Of a stretch of 43,319 nucleotides of DNA, positions 23,724-36,559 are shown piece by piece. Where the stretch lies: positions 591-43,909 of the forward strand of contig JAXLNO010001139.1 in NCBI GenBank assembly GCA_038087875.1, read 5' to 3'. Position 1 is the stretch's first letter. Every line of letters starts with the position of its first letter. The notes under the pieces are model-generated. The model saw only the letters and a program-made list of their open reading frames with translations, had not been told where the DNA came from and did no database searches. This stretch comes from Malacoraja senta (lineage: Eukaryota). The position numbers were made by a program, and so were the translations under genes.

Positions 23724-24779
23724 ATGTCGACGCAACATACCCCCCCCCGTGTGCCAAAAAAACCCGTTAAAGGGAAACCACCGATGGAAGAGGTAGGCCT
23801 AACTGAGGCCTCGGCCTCAGGTACAATGACGGCCCAGGAAGACCCAACGAAGAAATCAAAGCAGAAAAAGTCTGAAATTGAAGATCTTAAAACTTTTCTC
23901 GCTGTTGAAATTAAACAGATTCAACTACAGTTGAAAACCTTTGAAGGAAAATTGAATTTTAAAGAGGAACTTAACTCTTTTAAGGTAGATTTTAAAGCAG
24001 AAATGCTTTCTACCGTTCAAGAAATACTGGAAGTCTGGAAGAGGTCGAGGGACGATGAGGTCAAGGAACAGATGGAAGTGCTGGAAGCCAGGTTCGTTTC
24101 GGTGGAATCGAACGCTAATATGGAGGTGGTCCCCATTCATCAAGCACTTGATCAACATAGAACAGCGATAACCGAACTTGAGAAATGGGCGGCGACAAGT
24201 GAGGAAACTGTAAATCGACTCCTTATTGAAAACCAACGCCTCTCCGGTATGGTGATCAAATTAAGTGATAAGTGTACCGATTTGGAGGGGCGTCAAAGAC
24301 GCAAGAATTTAAGAATTGTAGGGGTGAAAGAAGGAAGTGAGAGGGAAATGGGCCCTCGGGATTTTGTGGCAGACCTACTACAAAAAGCCTTAAAATTGGA
24401 TCAAAAACCTTCACTCGGTCGAGCACATAGAGCGCAGGGGCGTCGTACACAAGTTGATGCCCATCCAAGACAAATTATAGTAAAGGTGCAACTTGATCAT
24501 GAATTTGACGAGATAATGAAGAAAATCGTCCGAAGCGGACAGCTCTATTTTGAAGGTGCGAGGTTCAGTATTTACCGAGATTATCCGGCAGAGGTCTTCA
24601 AGAAAAGAGCGCTGTTCACTGAGACAAAAAGAATACTGAAGAAGGTACCTGATTTGAGATACGGCTTGCTTTACCCCGCAAGACTAAGAGTCACCTACAA
24701 GCAGAAGGAGCAATTTTTTACAGACCATGAAAAAGCACTGGAATATGCCAAAGAAATCGGGAACGTGACCACAGACTGA
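23724..24779 (+). CDS. L1 ORF1p (coiled coil, RRM, CTD), intact
   Basis: 351-aa open frame with DLEGRQRRKNLRIVGVKEG, RAHRA..PRQIIVK, IYRDY, YPARLRV. Confidence 0.92.
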   Translation: MSTQHTPPRVPKKPVKGKPPMEEVGLTEASASGTMTAQEDPTKKSKQKKSEIEDLKTFLAVEIKQIQLQLKTFEGKLNFKEELNSFKVDFKAEMLSTVQEILEVWKRSRDDEVKEQMEVLEARFVSVESNANMEVVPIHQALDQHRTAITELEKWAATSEETVNRLLIENQRLSGMVIKLSDKCTDLEGRQRRKNLRIVGVKEGSEREMGPRDFVADLLQKALKLDQKPSLGRAHRAQGRRTQVDAHPRQIIVKVQLDHEFDEIMKKIVRSGQLYFEGARFSIYRDYPAEVFKKRALFTETKRILKKVPDLRYGLLYPARLRVTYKQKEQFFTDHEKALEYAKEIGNVTTD

Positions 24780-25376
24780 AGAATTTACAATACTCCTCAG
24801 GAGTCAAGGATTAACGGGACTTCACCAGATTTAAAAGGACCTTTAAAGTTATTTTAAGAGCTTTAAGGACATTCGAAAACCGAAATGGACGGTGGACATT
24901 GGAGAAAACCGTGGTTTTTTATTTTATTTTTTTTAAATCTTTTTTTATTTTTAGTATAAACTTTAAGAACAATAATATCATAGTTGTGACCAATTGTTAT
25001 TAATCACTATTACTATTTAGTATATTCATATCTAACTATATATGTAACTGCTAATACTTATTAAATATCTATATTACTACTAAAATTATTAACATTTATA
25101 TTACTCATAAAAATTTAATACTGGGTATGATCGATAACAATGATTAATAACTAACAATCTCTGGTTAACGTAGAAATAAGTTACATACTTATATTCTACA
25201 GGAAGATGTGCAAGAGGTAATTCAGCCTACGTCATAATAAGGTTTGACGGTTTTTCTCTTTATTTTTCAATTTAAAATTAAATTTATAGATTTAGCGAAG
25301 ATATTAATATGGTATGTAGAGAATAATAACGTTGTGAATTTATGTTGTTTTCGGACTTTTCTGCAGGGATATGTGC

Positions 25377-25508
25377 NNNNNNNNNNNNNNNNNNNNNNNN
25401 NNNNNNNNNNNNNNNNNNNNNNNNNNNNNNNNNNNNNNNNNNNNNNNNNNNNNNNNNNNNNNNNNNNNNNNNNNNNNNNNNNNNNNNNNNNNNNNNNNNN
25501 NNNNNNNN
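25377..25508. other. Assembly gap (132 N) in the L1-A inter-ORF spacer
   Basis: Run of N. Confidence 0.99.
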
Positions 25509-25870
25509 AGTTAATTGATTGTCAGAAATATTCTTTCTTTTTTTTTTCGGGCACGGAGCTGGGAATTTTTTTTTTACAAAGGCTACGGAAGTCTTTAGAA
25601 TTCTGGCCACGTTAGTGTGGCTATCACTAACTACACTAATTGTAGATGTAGTTTTTTTTCTTTCACCCTATACTAACCAATTCTATCACTTTTTTCACTT
25701 TAAATATTTTTATAACTTAATGTTTGAATGGAACAACAAGACTAATTCAAGGAGATGTGTTCGGAAGAGCGATGTATATGATTTTAAATTCATCTATTCG
25801 AGGTTCGGGAGCAGGGTCAGGTTTTATGTGTTGCACCTTCTGCTCGGTTATAGACCACCTTAGAAACAAT

Positions 25871-28800
25871 ATGCAAGATGTTAATATGACAAGAGGGGGT
25901 CAGGGAATAACATTTTGTAGTTGGAATGTTAAGGGAATCAATGAACCAATTAAGAGAGGTAAAGTTTTGGCACATCTAAATTCAATCAAAACAGATATAA
26001 TATTCCTTCAAGGAACACACCTTAAAAAGGAATCTCAACATAGACTTAAAGCTAAGTGGATCGCTGAATCATATCATTCCTCTTTTTCCCATAAGTCCAG
26101 AGGAGTTGCAATATTAATTCGTAAAGGAATACCTTTTACGAATTCATCAACAATAGCGGATATTGATGGTAGATATATTATATTAGTTGGAGAGTTAAAT
26201 GGAGAGAAAGTGATTCTTCTTAATGTATATGGGCCTAATTTTGATAACCCTATGTTTTTTAATAAAACATTTAATATAATTCCTGAATTTACACAATATA
26301 AATTAATAATTGGAGGAGACTTCAATTGCACATTAGATTCATACTTAGATAAATCATCAAGGCAAAAAAAGTAAAATCTCAATCAAGTGTATTTTTAAAT
26401 TCATTTATTAATACCACTAATATTAAGGATGTCTGGAGAATTGAAAATCCAACTGGACGGGAATATTCATTTTACTCACCAGTACATAAAACATACTCAA
26501 GAATAGATTATTTTTTAGTTGACTCCACGTTTATCCCATTTACTTACAACTCAAAACACCATAATATTATAATCTCAGATCACGCACCTGTAACATTCAT
26601 GATTAAATTAAATGGAATGTCCGAGAAACAAACATATTGGAGATTTAACCCACAAATTTTGAACGAAAGATCATGCGAAGAATATCTTACTAAACAGATT
26701 CAAATATTTTTTGTGGTATATGACAACCCTGACACACCTCTTATGTGGGAAACGTTTAAAGCGTTTGTTCGAGGTGCATTAATTTCTGCTCAAGTATTTT
26801 ATAATAAAGAGAACAGGATTAAACAACAAACATTGGAAAGGGAAATCAAGCAACAAGATATAGAAAATGCGAGAATGCCATCTATTTTAAAACATAATAA
26901 AATTGCTGTATTGAAATATAAATTAAACAAAATGTATTCAGAATAAGTAATAACACTTTATCAAAAAACAAACAATTACATTTTGAGTTTGGAGACAAAC
27001 CACAAAAACTATTAGCACGTCAGTTACGAAAAATGGAAGGGGAAAAAATAATTCATAAAATTAGAACAGAGACAGGAGAATTATTAAAAATGCCCAAGGA
27101 TATAAACGAAAGATTTCTCCAATACTATCATAATCTTTATTCAACTAAAACTGTAGTACAACCAGAAGGAATAGCAGATTTTTTACTAAAATGTAATTTA
27201 AAAGGTTTAGATTCAAACGATAGAGAATTATTAGAAAGGGAGATTACGATAAAGGATATTGAGGAGTCTATTGGCTCTTTAAAAAATGGTAAAGCAGTAG
27301 GACCAGATGGTTTAGGCTCTGAATTCTATAAAAAAAATTATGACTTGCTCTCCCCACGTTTACAAAGGCTGTATGAGCATATCTATACTCAACAGAAACT
27401 TCCAGATATTTTAAATGAATCTATAATAACACTTATTCCTAAAGTTGATAAAGATCCGGAAGATCCGGGATCATATAGAGCAATTGCACTTTTAAATACA
27501 GATCAGAAAATATTAACTAAAATACTAGCGCATAGATTAAGTACAGTGATGAATAAATTAATACACCCTGACCAAACAGGCTTTACTCAGAAACGGTACT
27601 CATATTATAATCTAAGAAGATTATTTAATATTATTTATTCTAAGAGAATTATTAATGAAGATCTAGCAATAATCTCACGACGCTGAAAAAGCATTTGATC
27701 AGGTTGAATGGTCTTATTTATTTTCGGTGATGGAAAATATGCAGCTAGGGGAGAAATTCTGCACATGGATAAAACTGTTATATACAAACCCTACGGCTAG
27801 AATATTAACAAACCAAAGGTTGTCATCTAAATTCAGCCTATCTAGAGGTTGTAGACAAGGATGCCCGTTATCTCCATTATTATTTGCGCTTGCTATTGAG
27901 CCACTCGCAGAAAGAGTTAGGGGTCATCCGGAAATACATGGGTATAACACAAAGGACACAGTGAATAAAATTTCTCTATACGCAGATGATGTACTAATTT
28001 ACATTACAAAACCAGAAATTAGTATTCCAAACTTATTAAAGCTAATAACCCAATTTGGTTCACTCTCAGGATACAGAATAAATTGGAATAAAAGTGAAAT
28101 TATGCCAATAAGGGAACACAACAAACAGATAATACAACAATTTCCATTTAAAATAGTAAACGAAAAATTTAAATACCTAGGCATTTACGTAACTAAGATA
28201 TATACATCATTATTTAAAGCAAATTTCCCCCCATTACTGAACAAACTACATAATAATATTCAATATTGGAAAACACTTCCTATCTCAATGGTTGGCAAAA
28301 TTAATGCAATAAAAATGATTTTTTTACCGCAAATATTATACCTTTTTCAGACAATTCCGATATATTTGTCAAAAAACTTTAAAAAAAAATTGGATTCCAT
28401 TGTTAATGATTTTATCTGGGATTATAAGAATCATAGGATAAATAAAAGACATTTGTGTAAATCAAAAATAAATGGAGGCTTGGTTTTACCCAACTTTCTG
28501 TTTTATTTTTGGGCAGTTAATATTAAAAATATGAATTTCTGGTTGGAAGAAATAGATCAACAACTAGATTGGTTAAAAATGGAAAAGGAAGATTGTTTAC
28601 CTTTTGATATCGGCTCGATATTATTTGCTACGTCTAAATTAAACAAAAAAAATTGTAGGAAAACCCTATAATATTTAGTGCTATACGAATTTGGAAACAA
28701 TTAAAAAAGACATTAAAATTAGATAATTTATCACTTTTTCTTCCAATTGTGAATAACCCTTTGTTTAAGCCCTCATGGTTGGACAGGGGTTTTACACAAT

Positions 28801-29675
28801 GGAAGAATTATGGAATTAAAAATATGGGACAACTTTACAAGGAAGGCACCTTTCTGACATTTCAGGAGTTGCAACAGACTTATGGACTTCAAGGAAATGA
28901 TTTTTTCAGATATCTTCAACTCAGAGATTATGTAAAATCGAATACTCAAAATTTTCGAATTAGAAATTCAGAAATTCTTGACGAATGTTGGAATAAACAT
29001 CCTAATACAGAAAAATTAATATCTTATATATATAATATTTTATTAGACAGTGACATTCCATCGACGGACTTACACAGACAAACATGGGAAAAAGAATTAA
29101 ATCAAATAATAACGAAAGATACTTGGGAAGAAAGTTTACAACACATACATCAATGTTCATTAAATGCCAGACATTCATTAATACAATTTAAAGTAATACA
29201 TAGGTTACATTATTCAAAAACAAAATTACATAAAATCTTTCAACATATCTCACCTATATGTGATAAATGTCAACATTTAGAAGCTAACTTATCTCATATG
29301 TTTGCAAACTGTATAAAAATAAAAAAATTCTGGGTAAATATTTTCAGTATAATATCTAAAGTGACCAGCACACAATTGGACCCGGATCCAAAATTAATAA
29401 TACTCGGAACATTAGAATTAAATCAAACATTTAAAACAACACAAAGAAACTTTATTGATTATAGTATAATAACGGGAAAAAAATTAATTCTAAAATTTTG
29501 GAAAGGCCCTATAACCCCCACAATCAAAATGTGGATTATAGAAATGACGGAGACCTTAAACGTGGAAATAATCAGATTTTCCCTGTTGGACAAACAGGAA
29601 TTATTCGTTGGAACATTGTCTCCCTTTATTGATTATTTAAAGGGTCAGAATGGTTCAGCACAGGAACCTGACTAG
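25871..29675 (+). pseudogene. L1-A ORF2 (APE endonuclease, RT, Cys-rich C-terminus), disrupted
   Basis: SWNVKGIN, GGDFN, SRIDYF, SDH, GPDG, YRAIALLN, AEKAFD, GCRQGCPLSP, LYADD, YLG, CDKC..HMF; stop at 26944-26946 and frameshifts near 26370, 26970, 27680, 28650. Confidence 0.93.
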
Positions 29676-32600
29676 CACTCGGGCTAAAGAATGGATGAAA
29701 TGCTATACTCTGAAATGTACGAATATATCTCGAATGAAGTTTTTTATTTTAATACATTTTTCCATTCTTCTTTAACTATCTTTTTCTTTTCTGTTTTTTT
29801 TTTTTTTTTTTTTTTTTTTTTCTTTCTCTCTCTTTTCTTCTCTCCATTTTCTTTCTTTACTTCATCTATCTTTTTAGTTCTATCTAGTTTAAAAAAAACA
29901 AAAAAAGGCAAAAGGTATTGGAGACAATGTAATAATAATTGACAATATTATCAATTCAAAAATGTAAGACTGGTAATGATGTTAATAGGTTGTGTACTTA
30001 TCTCCAATAAAAAATATTTTCAACAAAAAAAAAAACGAGCTAACTTATCTTTTGACATATGAGCTCTGTGAACCACCTTGAATTGTATCAAAGCGTGTCT
30101 GCACACATTGAAGAGGTATTAACTAATTGAAGGATCCTCTCCCATTTCTCTATAGATAAAGACATTTGGAGTTCTCTTTCCCAGTCATTATTAATTTTAT
30201 CAAATGTATCTATTTGTAATTTTAAAATCAACTCATGCATAGTCGTTATTAATTCTTTCTGATAAGGGTTCAACTGTAAAAAAAAATCAAAAATTTCGGG
30301 TTGATGTGGTAGCGGAAAAAGGGGTAGTTCCTTTTGTCTAATTTGTAAATATCTAAAAAAGTGTGAATTAGGTAAGTTATTGGAGAGTTGTTCGAAAGAC
30401 ATAAAACAACACTCCAAAAACAAATCACAAAAAGCTACTAATCCCTTCCTCTTCCATAACAAAAAAACTTGATCAGTACTAGATGGTTGGAAGAGAAATT
30501 TGGATAAAATCAGATAGTCCAAAAAACTTATGAAATTGAAACCGTATTCGGAACGTATGTCTTATTATTGGGTTCGTCATATATTTATTCAATCTCGTAA
30601 TTGTAAAAGGTAACGAGGTCCCTAGAATAGAAGCCAATTATAGCCCTTGTAAGGAATCACGTTCTAGGTTTATCCATCCAGGGCATTGGGTATCTTCTAA
30701 ATCTTTTGTCCAAAATGTTAAATAACGAACATTGACTGCCCAATAGTAGAGTCTAAGGTTCGGCATTGCCAAACCACCAACTTTTTTTGATTTCTGTAGG
30801 TATTTTTTACCTAGTCTGGCATTTTTATTCTGCCATATATATGAAGAAATTTTAGAGTCTATAATATCAAAGAAAGATTTGGCAATACAAATTGGTATCG
30901 TCTGAAATAAATACAGAAATTTAGGTAAAATGAGCATTTTAATAGCATTGATTCGGCCAATTAAGGATAAGGACATTGGTGACCATTTAGTGAACTGATG
31001 TTTAATATGGTCAATTAAAGGAATAAAATTAGCTTTAAATAAATCCTTGTGTTTCTTGGTGATCTTAATACCTAAATAAGTAAAACTTTCGGTAGTCAAT
31101 CTAAATGGAAACTGTCCATAACTCGAAACAAAATTATATAATGGGAAAGCTCACTCTTACTAAGATTTAGTTTATAACCAGAAAAACTACTGAATTGATT
31201 AAGTAATGCTACTATTGCCGGAATAGATTTCTCAGGGTTAGAAATAAATAATAACAGATCATCTGCATAAAGAGATAGCTTATGTGTCTTATTCCCACGG
31301 ACAATACCAAAAATATTAGGGGATTCCCTAATAGCAGTGGCTAAAGTTTCCAAAGCAATATGAAATAGTAAAGGACTTAAGGGACAGCCCTGTCTAGTAC
31401 ATCGAAAGAGCCTGAAAAAAGGGGATCTCTGATTATTAGTAAATACAGAAGCCTGAGGTATAAGATATAGCAGTTTGATCCAAGAGATAAATTTTGGACC
31501 AATCTTAACTTTTTCAAGTATATTGAATAAGTATTCCATTCTACTCTATCAATAGCCTTCTCGGCATCAAGTGAGATGACACATTCTGGGGTTTTATTAG
31601 ACGCTGTATGTACAATATTTATTAATCTCCTAACATTAAAGAATGAGTAACGATTTTTAATAAAACCTGTCTGATCTTCAGAGATAATTTGCGGTAAAAT
31701 CTTTTCCAATCTCATAGCTAATATTTTGGAAAGAATTTTAAAATCTACATTTAACATTGATATAGGTCTATATGATGTCACTTCAGTAGGGTCTTTATCT
31801 TTTTTTTAAATTAAAGAAATAGAAGCTTCATAAAAAGATTGTGGTAATCTATTCCTTTAAAAAAGCTTCTTTAAATACCTTGCATAGCCATGGAGACAAT
31901 AAATTTAAGAAATACTTTAAAAATTCTACTGTAAACCCATCTAAACCGGGTGTTTTACCAGAATTCATTGAAAAAATTGCTCTCTGTATTTCTTCTTCCG
32001 TGATGGGTTCATCTAACAACAGAGACTCATTGTATGGTAAATTTGGTAAGTTCAGTTTCTTTAAAAACTCATGCATTATATTGGAATCAGTAGGAAAATC
32101 TGATTGGTATAGGGAGGTATAAAATTCCTGAAAGGATTTATTAATTTCGTCATGGTCTACAGTTACTGTACCATCCCGTTTACTCACTTTAGTAATCTGA
32201 CTCTTGGCCGACACTGCTTTCAATTGATTAGTAAGTAATTTACCAGATTTTTGCCATTTATATAAAATTTACTTTTGGTTTTAAGTAACTGGTTCTCAAT
32301 CGGTGATACTAATAACAAATCATATCTCAATTGAAGTTCAACTATTCTTATAGACCTCTAAACTAGGAGCTTTTGAATATTTTTTATCAATTTCTTTAAT
32401 CTCGTCAGCCAATGTGCGTATTTCTTTTTGTGTTTGTTTTTTTAATCCCGCGGAGTATGAAATAATTTGTCCATGAATATATGCCTTAAAAGCATCCCAA
32501 ACTATATCATTCGATATCTCTTCATTAGAGTTTGTCAAGAAGTAAAAAGCAATCTGATCTTTCATAAACTTAATAAAGTTTAAGTCTTGAAGCAAAGTAG

Positions 32601-35169
32601 CATTAAATCGCCATTGTTTTGCACTAAACTTGGAATCAGGTAGTTTGATCAATAGTTTCACTGGTGCATGATCAGAAATAGCAATTGCATCATACTCACA
32701 TGCAATGACGAATGGAATTAGCCGAGAATCTAGTATAAAATAGTCGATCCTAGAATAATTATGATATACATGAGAGAAAAATGAAAATTCTTTGTCATTT
32801 GCGTGTAAGAATCTCCAAATCTCTAACATTCCCGAGTCAAGTAAAAAAGAATTAATAAAATTAGCTGATTTATTTGGAAGCACATGATCAGATGTAGACG
32901 TATCAATCGAGGGATTCAAACAGCAATTGAAGTCTCCACCCATTATTAAAAAGTGTTCATTTAAGTTAGGAAAGGATGCAATTAACTGTTTAAAAAACTC
33001 AGGGTGATCAATATTTGGTGCATAGACATTCACCATAGTGACGTTTTGCCTATAAAGGACACCGGTAATCACCAAGAATCTGCTATATGGATCAGAAATT
33101 GTTTCATGGTGAACAAACGGAATTGAGGGGTCGATAAAAATAGAGACTCCTTTCCCCTTAGCCTGTGAATTTGAATGAAACTGCTGTCCTCTCCAAAACT
33201 TGAAAAATCGTGACTTGTCATCTTGCCTTACATGAGTTTCCTGAACAAAGATAATCTGAGCATTTAGTCTGTGAAGAACTTTAAAAAAAAATCCTCTTAA
33301 TGGGATGGTTCAAGCCATTCACATTCCATGAAAGGAACTTTATCCATATTGCTTGTAAAAATCATGTAATGGGTTAATTTCTTGAAGCCTAAAAGTTCAT
33401 AATACTGGAAGAAGAAAAATCTAGGGCGGAGCCAGGTGACGACATTTCAGCCAATTTTGTAGTTCAGAATTTGCACAAATGGAGATCACTAAATAGGGAA
33501 CAAAAGACCCCTCCCCCCTCCCCCCTCCCCCTCCCACCCCTGTAGAACCCCAAACTGACCAAAAGACAGTCAGCAAACTACCTAATCCCCTCCCCGATCC
33601 CATCTCTCCCAGTAACAGCGCTCAGCATAAAATGAATAATATTTAACCACTACGTCATAACACATTCGTTATTATCTCTTTGAGAGAGAAGAAAAAAAAT
33701 ACAGACTGGCATGGAATGCTGCTTATTATTATCCAAGGTCAAAATATGAAAAACAAGAACTGCGTTCTCTTAGTTTGTCTAACGACAGGGGAACACGAAT
33801 TAACAAAGAAATTCTTAAAAGAATATATATAAAAGAAAAACAACTCGTCCAGTTAAATTCTTAATCATTACCAAACGAAATGTTGTCAAAAGAGGAACAG
33901 TAAATCTCCAATTATAACTTAATCAGCTATCAATTACTCCCCTTCCTCGTCGTAGCTCTTCAGACGCAGCTGGAGGCGTCTTGAGGACTGTTAAAAAATC
34001 GAAAGTTACCATTGAAAAGCCGAATACGCAATCTAGCTGGTGATAATAGAGCTGGGCGCAGTTTTTTCTTATACAAATCAGACATTACATTATAAAAAGT
34101 CTTTCTTATTTCCAAAAGCTCGTAACTATAATCAGGGACAAACCGAAACTTACATCCTTCGTATTCAACCACACCAAACTTTTTTGCTGCCTGGAGAATA
34201 TTCTCCTTCATTTGAAAAAAATGAAACCGAATGATCAAGTGTCTCGGTTTATTACCGGATTTCTTCCCAATCCTGTGTGCCTTATCCAGGAACAGAAGGT
34301 TTTCATTGTGCTCAATGTTGAATGTTTCCTTTATCATTTTAGAAGCATATTTTATAACGTTATCTCCTCCTTGGCCTTCCGGCAAACCAACAATTCATCA
34401 ATTCAAACGACGGCTTCTGTATTCTAAGTCCATATTTTTAGACTTGTATTGCTGAAGTTCTCAAGTGTTTTCATTCATTCTCCGTTCCAATTTTTCAAAT
34501 TTCAAATCTCTCTCCTGTCCCAGGGTGCGCAAGATATCAATTTGATCCTTTTGTTCACGAAGTTCATCTTGTAACAAAAACAGTTTTCCTTGGACTTCCT
34601 TCAATTTGGTCAACTCCTTTCACCATTTCTTCCAAACTGCCAAATCTTGTTTTCGTTTCATTTTTCAGCTCATTTTTCAATTCATCGTTCATTTTCGATA
34701 TTGCTTCTATGATGCTGGAATCAGAAGCTACAGCTGTGGTTGTGGCTTTCCCCAGTTCCTTCTTTGGGGATCCTCCTTTCCTTCTTGTCTCCATCCTTTT
34801 CACGATTAAGGCGTGTAAATGTGTTATCAACACTTTATGAACAGTTAGACGATGTCTTGAAGTCAAATAGTCACCAGTAACATTGAAAGAGTGGTCAGTG
34901 GAAGTTAAAAGTTAAGGGAGCAAACGAGTTTGCAACCTTACAGCATGCTGCCACTAGGAGAGTCTAGTTATTGACATGTTATTGATGTTCATGATTATTC
35001 TGTTCTTTGTGCCTGGCCATTTTGACTTTGTCACATTTTACTTGGTTTATGATATTGTACAAGATTTGCAATCACACCTCCCAATTGACTAAAATTATCC
35101 CAATTAACTAAATGCCTACTATGGCATTTAAATTATTGCATTATATTCAGTGCAGGGTAGAAGCTGCAG

Positions 35170-35310
35170 TTTTTAAAAGGGCAAGTTTTTATTACATACT
35201 ATGTGGTGTGTGCCTGGAAAGCACTGCCAGGGATGGTGGCGTCTGGGGTGCACCTTTGTGGTGCATGGAGATGCAGGGGTTTGAGGGACATGAATCATTT
35301 GCAGGCAGAT
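35170..35310 (+). mobile_element. CR1 3' end remnant
   Basis: tgcctggaaagcactgccagggatggtgg...catggagatgcaggggtttgagggacatgaatc. Confidence 0.55.
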
Positions 35311-35488
35311 GCTGCCTAACTGGTGTCTGTCCGACTGATCTGGAGGGATCTGATGGTCAGGCAGGGAATATTTCCAGTGACCCAATGGTGCTGAGTTCGC
35401 TGAATTTTACGGTGAATGGGAATGCCCCTGTAATAGAGGAACAGGTCCTTTGTCCAACAACGTTTGTGCTGAACATGACGCAACCTGA

Positions 35489-35730
35489 GGCAGAGTGGCG
35501 CTGCTGATAGAGCTGCTGCCTCAGTGCGTCATAGACATCAGTTCAATCCTAACCTCGCTTGTCGGCTGTGTGAAGTTTGCATGTATTCCCTATGACCGCA
35601 TGGGTTTCCACTGTCCTCCAGTTTTCACACACATACTAAAGATGCCAGGTTTTATGGGTTAATTGGTCTCTGTAATTTGACCCTAGTGTGGAAGCGAAAG
35701 TTAGATAACATAGAACTTGTGTGAACGAAA
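35489..35730 (+). mobile_element. V-SINE, degenerate
   Basis: ggcagagtggcgctgctgatagagctgctgcctca head, GTTCAATCC B-box, V-domain. Confidence 0.7.
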
Positions 35731-35754
35731 CTATTTGAAGGAGTATTGAGTTTT

Positions 35755-35998
35755 TTGTTTAGTTTAGAGAGAGAGCATTGAAACAGACACTTCGGCCCCA
35801 CTGAGGCCGCACCAACCAACGATCACCCACATAAGCTAGGAACACGTCAATTAACCTACAAACCTGCACATCTGTCTTTGGAATGTGGGAGGAAACTGGA
35901 GCACCTGGAGAAACCTATGCAGTCACAGGGAGAAGGTACAAATTCCGTACAGACATCACCCGTGGTCAGGATCAAACCCAGGTGTCTGGCACTGTGCC
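35755..35998 (-). mobile_element. V-SINE, degenerate (tail-to-tail with the previous copy)
   Basis: tttagtttagagag tail and V-domain in reverse. Confidence 0.75.
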
Positions 35999-36129
35999 TT
36001 TATATCTGGAAGGAAGATGTTATGTGGGATGAATCAACAGTTAAAGCGAATAAACTAGTTGCATCTTTCTGAGTTCTCTTCTCTGCTATGCCATTTCTTT
36101 GTTGTCTAATATTTAATTTCCCTCCTCAG

Positions 36130-36170
36130 ATTATCAAAATATTCAACCAAAGCAGAACGTGCACTGCTAA
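36130..36170 (+). CDS. Candidate terminal cytoplasmic exon of the MHC class I-like gene: (D)YQNIQPKQNVHC*
   Basis: Strong acceptor in apparently non-repeat DNA (CTAAT branch-like element, polypyrimidine tract, CAG at 36127-36129); the phase 1 join to the TM exon is in frame; TAA at 36168-36170; AATAAA at 36222-36227. Linkage to the TM exon is inferred across ~22 kb, mostly TE insertions. Confidence 0.55.
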
Positions 36171-36559
36171 CCAATCGCTGAGTAGAAGATTTCATGGATG
36201 TGATTAAAATGCAGGAACTGAAATAAATGGAAAGAGTTAAATTAAGTTTATCAAACATGACAGAAATTCTCAATAGACTGCCCTGCATTTGTACAAATTA
36301 GAGCTATCTAGCAATTTATGTTGATAACAGCTGATATGACTGAGGCCTCAACTCCTTTACTGTGCTTATTCCACATAAGACACAATTCCCTGGTCTTTTA
36401 GAATATATCCACGCATTATCCATCAATTCACCACCACATCATGCCTCTTTAATACATTCATAAGGTTAACTCTGTTTCTTGTCATCTCCAAGGGACACAG
36501 AACCAGTGATTTCAGCCATTCATGGTTAGGTAACACTTGCTTATTCCAGAAATCTCTTC

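Larger units (their letters stand above)
23570..30030 (+). mobile_element. Full-length younger L1 (L1-A) with 16-bp TSD
   Basis: AAAAACGAGCTAACTT duplicated at 23554-23569 and 30031-30046; 5' end GACTTCCGGTGGCG; AATAAA at ~30006 and a poly(A) tail; removal restores L1-B ORF2 (RAHMSKDKLARFYGHINPTCDRC). Confidence 0.95.
17640..34962 (-). mobile_element. Older L1 (L1-B), near full length, hosting a DIRS1 (17786-22805) and another L1 (23570-30030)
   Basis: ORF1 from ATG 34794 (METRRKGG...coiled coil...GMPEG...DKAHRIG..PRHLIIRF...PDYS...PARLRI) to 33960. ORF2 pieces from ~33365: KFLSWNVNGL, GGDFN, SRIDYF, SDH, PGLDGF, YRPISMLN, GCPLSP, LYADD, CDRC..HMFWSC, ending 23138. A-rich 3' UTR and AATAAAAAG end near 17645-17660. 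Many frameshifts; no TSD found. Confidence 0.9.

Noticed and set aside
25244-25863. ORFs spanning the N gap or L1 spacer
   Set aside because: Artefacts of N bases and AT-rich low-complexity sequence.
17630-34980. TSD for L1-B
   Set aside because: The flanks at 17630-17645 and 34962-34980 do not match, and the CR1 does not resume on the far side, so the outer boundaries are approximate.
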